Position numbers and translations under genes: made by a program. A stretch of 64,000 bases of DNA from Camelus ferus (taxonomy: Eukaryota): NCBI RefSeq assembly GCF_009834535.1, contig NC_045696.1:63614001-63678000 (forward strand). The letters are read 5' to 3'. Shown piece after piece: positions 62,410 through 64,000 of the stretch (positions are counted from its first letter, which is position 1; each line of letters begins with the position of its first letter). The notes beneath the pieces are model-generated. The model did not search any database. It worked only from the letters and a program-made list of their open reading frames with translations, and was not told where the DNA came from.

Positions 62410-62765
62410 AGCAGACTCCGTGCTGGCCCTCCGGCACACTCCTGCCTCAGAGATTTGTACCTGCTGTTCCCACTGCCTGGAACCGTCTACCCCGGGTACT
62501 CCCATGACTTCACATCCTTCCTTTATCCAAATGTCCCCTTCCAGACAGACCCTCTCTACCTCTCTTCCCTTTCTCTCTTTTACCTTGTTTTATTTCCTTC
62601 CATAACACCTATCACTGCCTGTGAGTATGTGATTATTTATTGTCTAAGTTGCCTACTAATATGTAAGTTCCATAAAGGCAGAGATTCCTGTCTGTTTTTT
62701 TTTTTTTCGCCCCAGAACCTCAAACAGCACCTGACACTTAATACATTTTGGTGAAAGAATGAATG
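62410..62765 (+). mobile_element. LINE2 3' end
   Basis: 'ctcctgcctcag...tgctgttcccactgcctggaac...tgtaagttccataaaggcag...gaatgaatg'. Confidence 0.85.
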
Positions 62766-63824
62766 TACAAGCTTGGCTCGGAGTTTTTTTTTGGTCTTAA
62801 GGATTCCATATCACCTCCAACCTTTGCTCCACTGCAGTGGGCGTGTATGAACCAGACGGAGGTGTGAGAGGCAGACCTAATAAAATCACCTCCTACCTAA
62901 GAGCAGCTGTGCCCTACCTGGCCTGCTCGCCCCGGGCTGCCCCCGGTCAAACCTTGGCAGCTGCAGGGTGGGTACTCGCCCTCCCAGGGCTGCCACACGG
63001 TGCTATCTGCCATCCCCACCCAGGGGTCCTTGTGTGACTTCCCGGAGGATGGACACCCCATGGCCTTGCTTTGAATTCCTCTTCTTTGACTCAGAGGGGC
63101 TGGAGGAGCTAAGCAACAAAGGCTGTTTAAAATCGAGTCTTCCCGATTGTTTGACCTGGTAAATAGATAAACAAGAAAGGGGGGAAGAAAAGGGAGAAAT
63201 GCAGAGGCTGGCCTGGGCACTCCAGCTGTGGGCCCCCGTGGGCCTGGCCGACAGGAGCCCAATTACTGCAGGGCCAGTGCACCTGTGAGGAGTTAATGAG
63301 AGGTGTGGGGGGTAGGCATGGGGGGGGCCGCAGGGGCTCCGATTAGGACCCCAGAGAGGCGGCCCGTGCCCCCCCCCCCCACAGGCCTAATGACCGATTA
63401 ATCCCAGCAGGTTACATCTGGGCACAGCACTCCATCTCTTTCTCAGGAGGAAGAGGGAGTTATAGGTGGGCCTCCCACTTGGTTTCTTTAGGATTTTTAG
63501 ATCCTGGAGCTGTTTCTGAATTTAATACTAAAAAGGGCATAAATTAACATATAGGTGGGGTGGGGGGTTTCCAGTGGGCGGTCTACTGAAGGAGGTCAGC
63601 AGGAATCTGCCGGAGAATCAGAGGCTGTCACAGAGCCCGAGTTCAATCCCCTCGCTTCTCAGAGGCAGAGCCTGAGACGCACGGCGGGCTTTTCAAGAGA
63701 CCCTCAGGAGAGAGTGGCTTCTTGGGACAGGAAGAAACTGCTCGTCGGAGGGTCAGTGTAGGGGGTTCCGGGGCTGCATGATGGTGAGAAGCCTCTGGAA
63801 CAGAATTCCGGCTCTGCTGCTGCT

Positions 63825-63910
63825 GAAGCTTCCTGTCCTCCCTGCTCCTTATCTGTGAAATGGGAGCAGTGCCAATGCCTGCTCCCAGGGCTGCTGCAAG
63901 GGCTAAACGC
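63825..63910 (+). mobile_element. MIR fragment
   Basis: 'ccttatctgtgaaatggg...cagggctgctgcaagggctaaa'. Confidence 0.6.
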
Positions 63911-64000
63911 ACCCAGAGGAAAGCCTGGGCCAAGACAGCCTGAAGCAAGGGCTAGATTCTATAATTATTTTGGTCTGCTTTTCCAGGGCCCCTTCCGCTG

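Noticed and set aside
62230..62754. 174-aa hydrophobic ORF
   Set aside because: Translation of pyrimidine-rich L2 sequence.
1..64000. CRISPR array, prokaryotic defence system, intact ERV, or host-gene identity and strand
   Set aside because: No regularly spaced repeats, long ORFs or gag/pol/env. L1 pieces occur about equally on both strands, so no transcription direction can be inferred, and no exon allowed the locus to be named.

Overview
This is 64 kb of non-coding mammalian (eutherian) genomic DNA, either a large intron or intergenic space. I found no protein-coding exon, RNA gene, CRISPR array or prokaryotic system that I can support. The ORF track is consistent with chance ORFs, apart from decayed L1 fragments. 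Much of the window is interspersed repeat recognised from memory of consensus sequences: many MIRs and L2s, old L1M/HAL1 pieces, MaLR/ERVL LTRs, and hAT/Tigger DNA-transposon relics. Subfamily names are approximate. Short tRNA-derived SINEs of the camelid type, cetartiodactyl-type L1 3' ends, and the apparent absence of Alu, Bov-tA and PRE1 suggest a camelid genome (inference). The most notable sequence-level observations are: (1) an L1 with TSDs enclosing an apparent 3' transduction with its own AATAAA (20167-20916); (2) an inverted duplication inside an MLT1C LTR (39776-39899); (3) an old L1 collapsed by a large deletion through an MLT2 LTR (55600-59050); (4) a diverged ~130 bp direct repeat (35935 and 37120); (5) several repeat-free, homeodomain-motif-dense blocks resembling developmental enhancers. 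I do not see convincing evidence of a new biological system.
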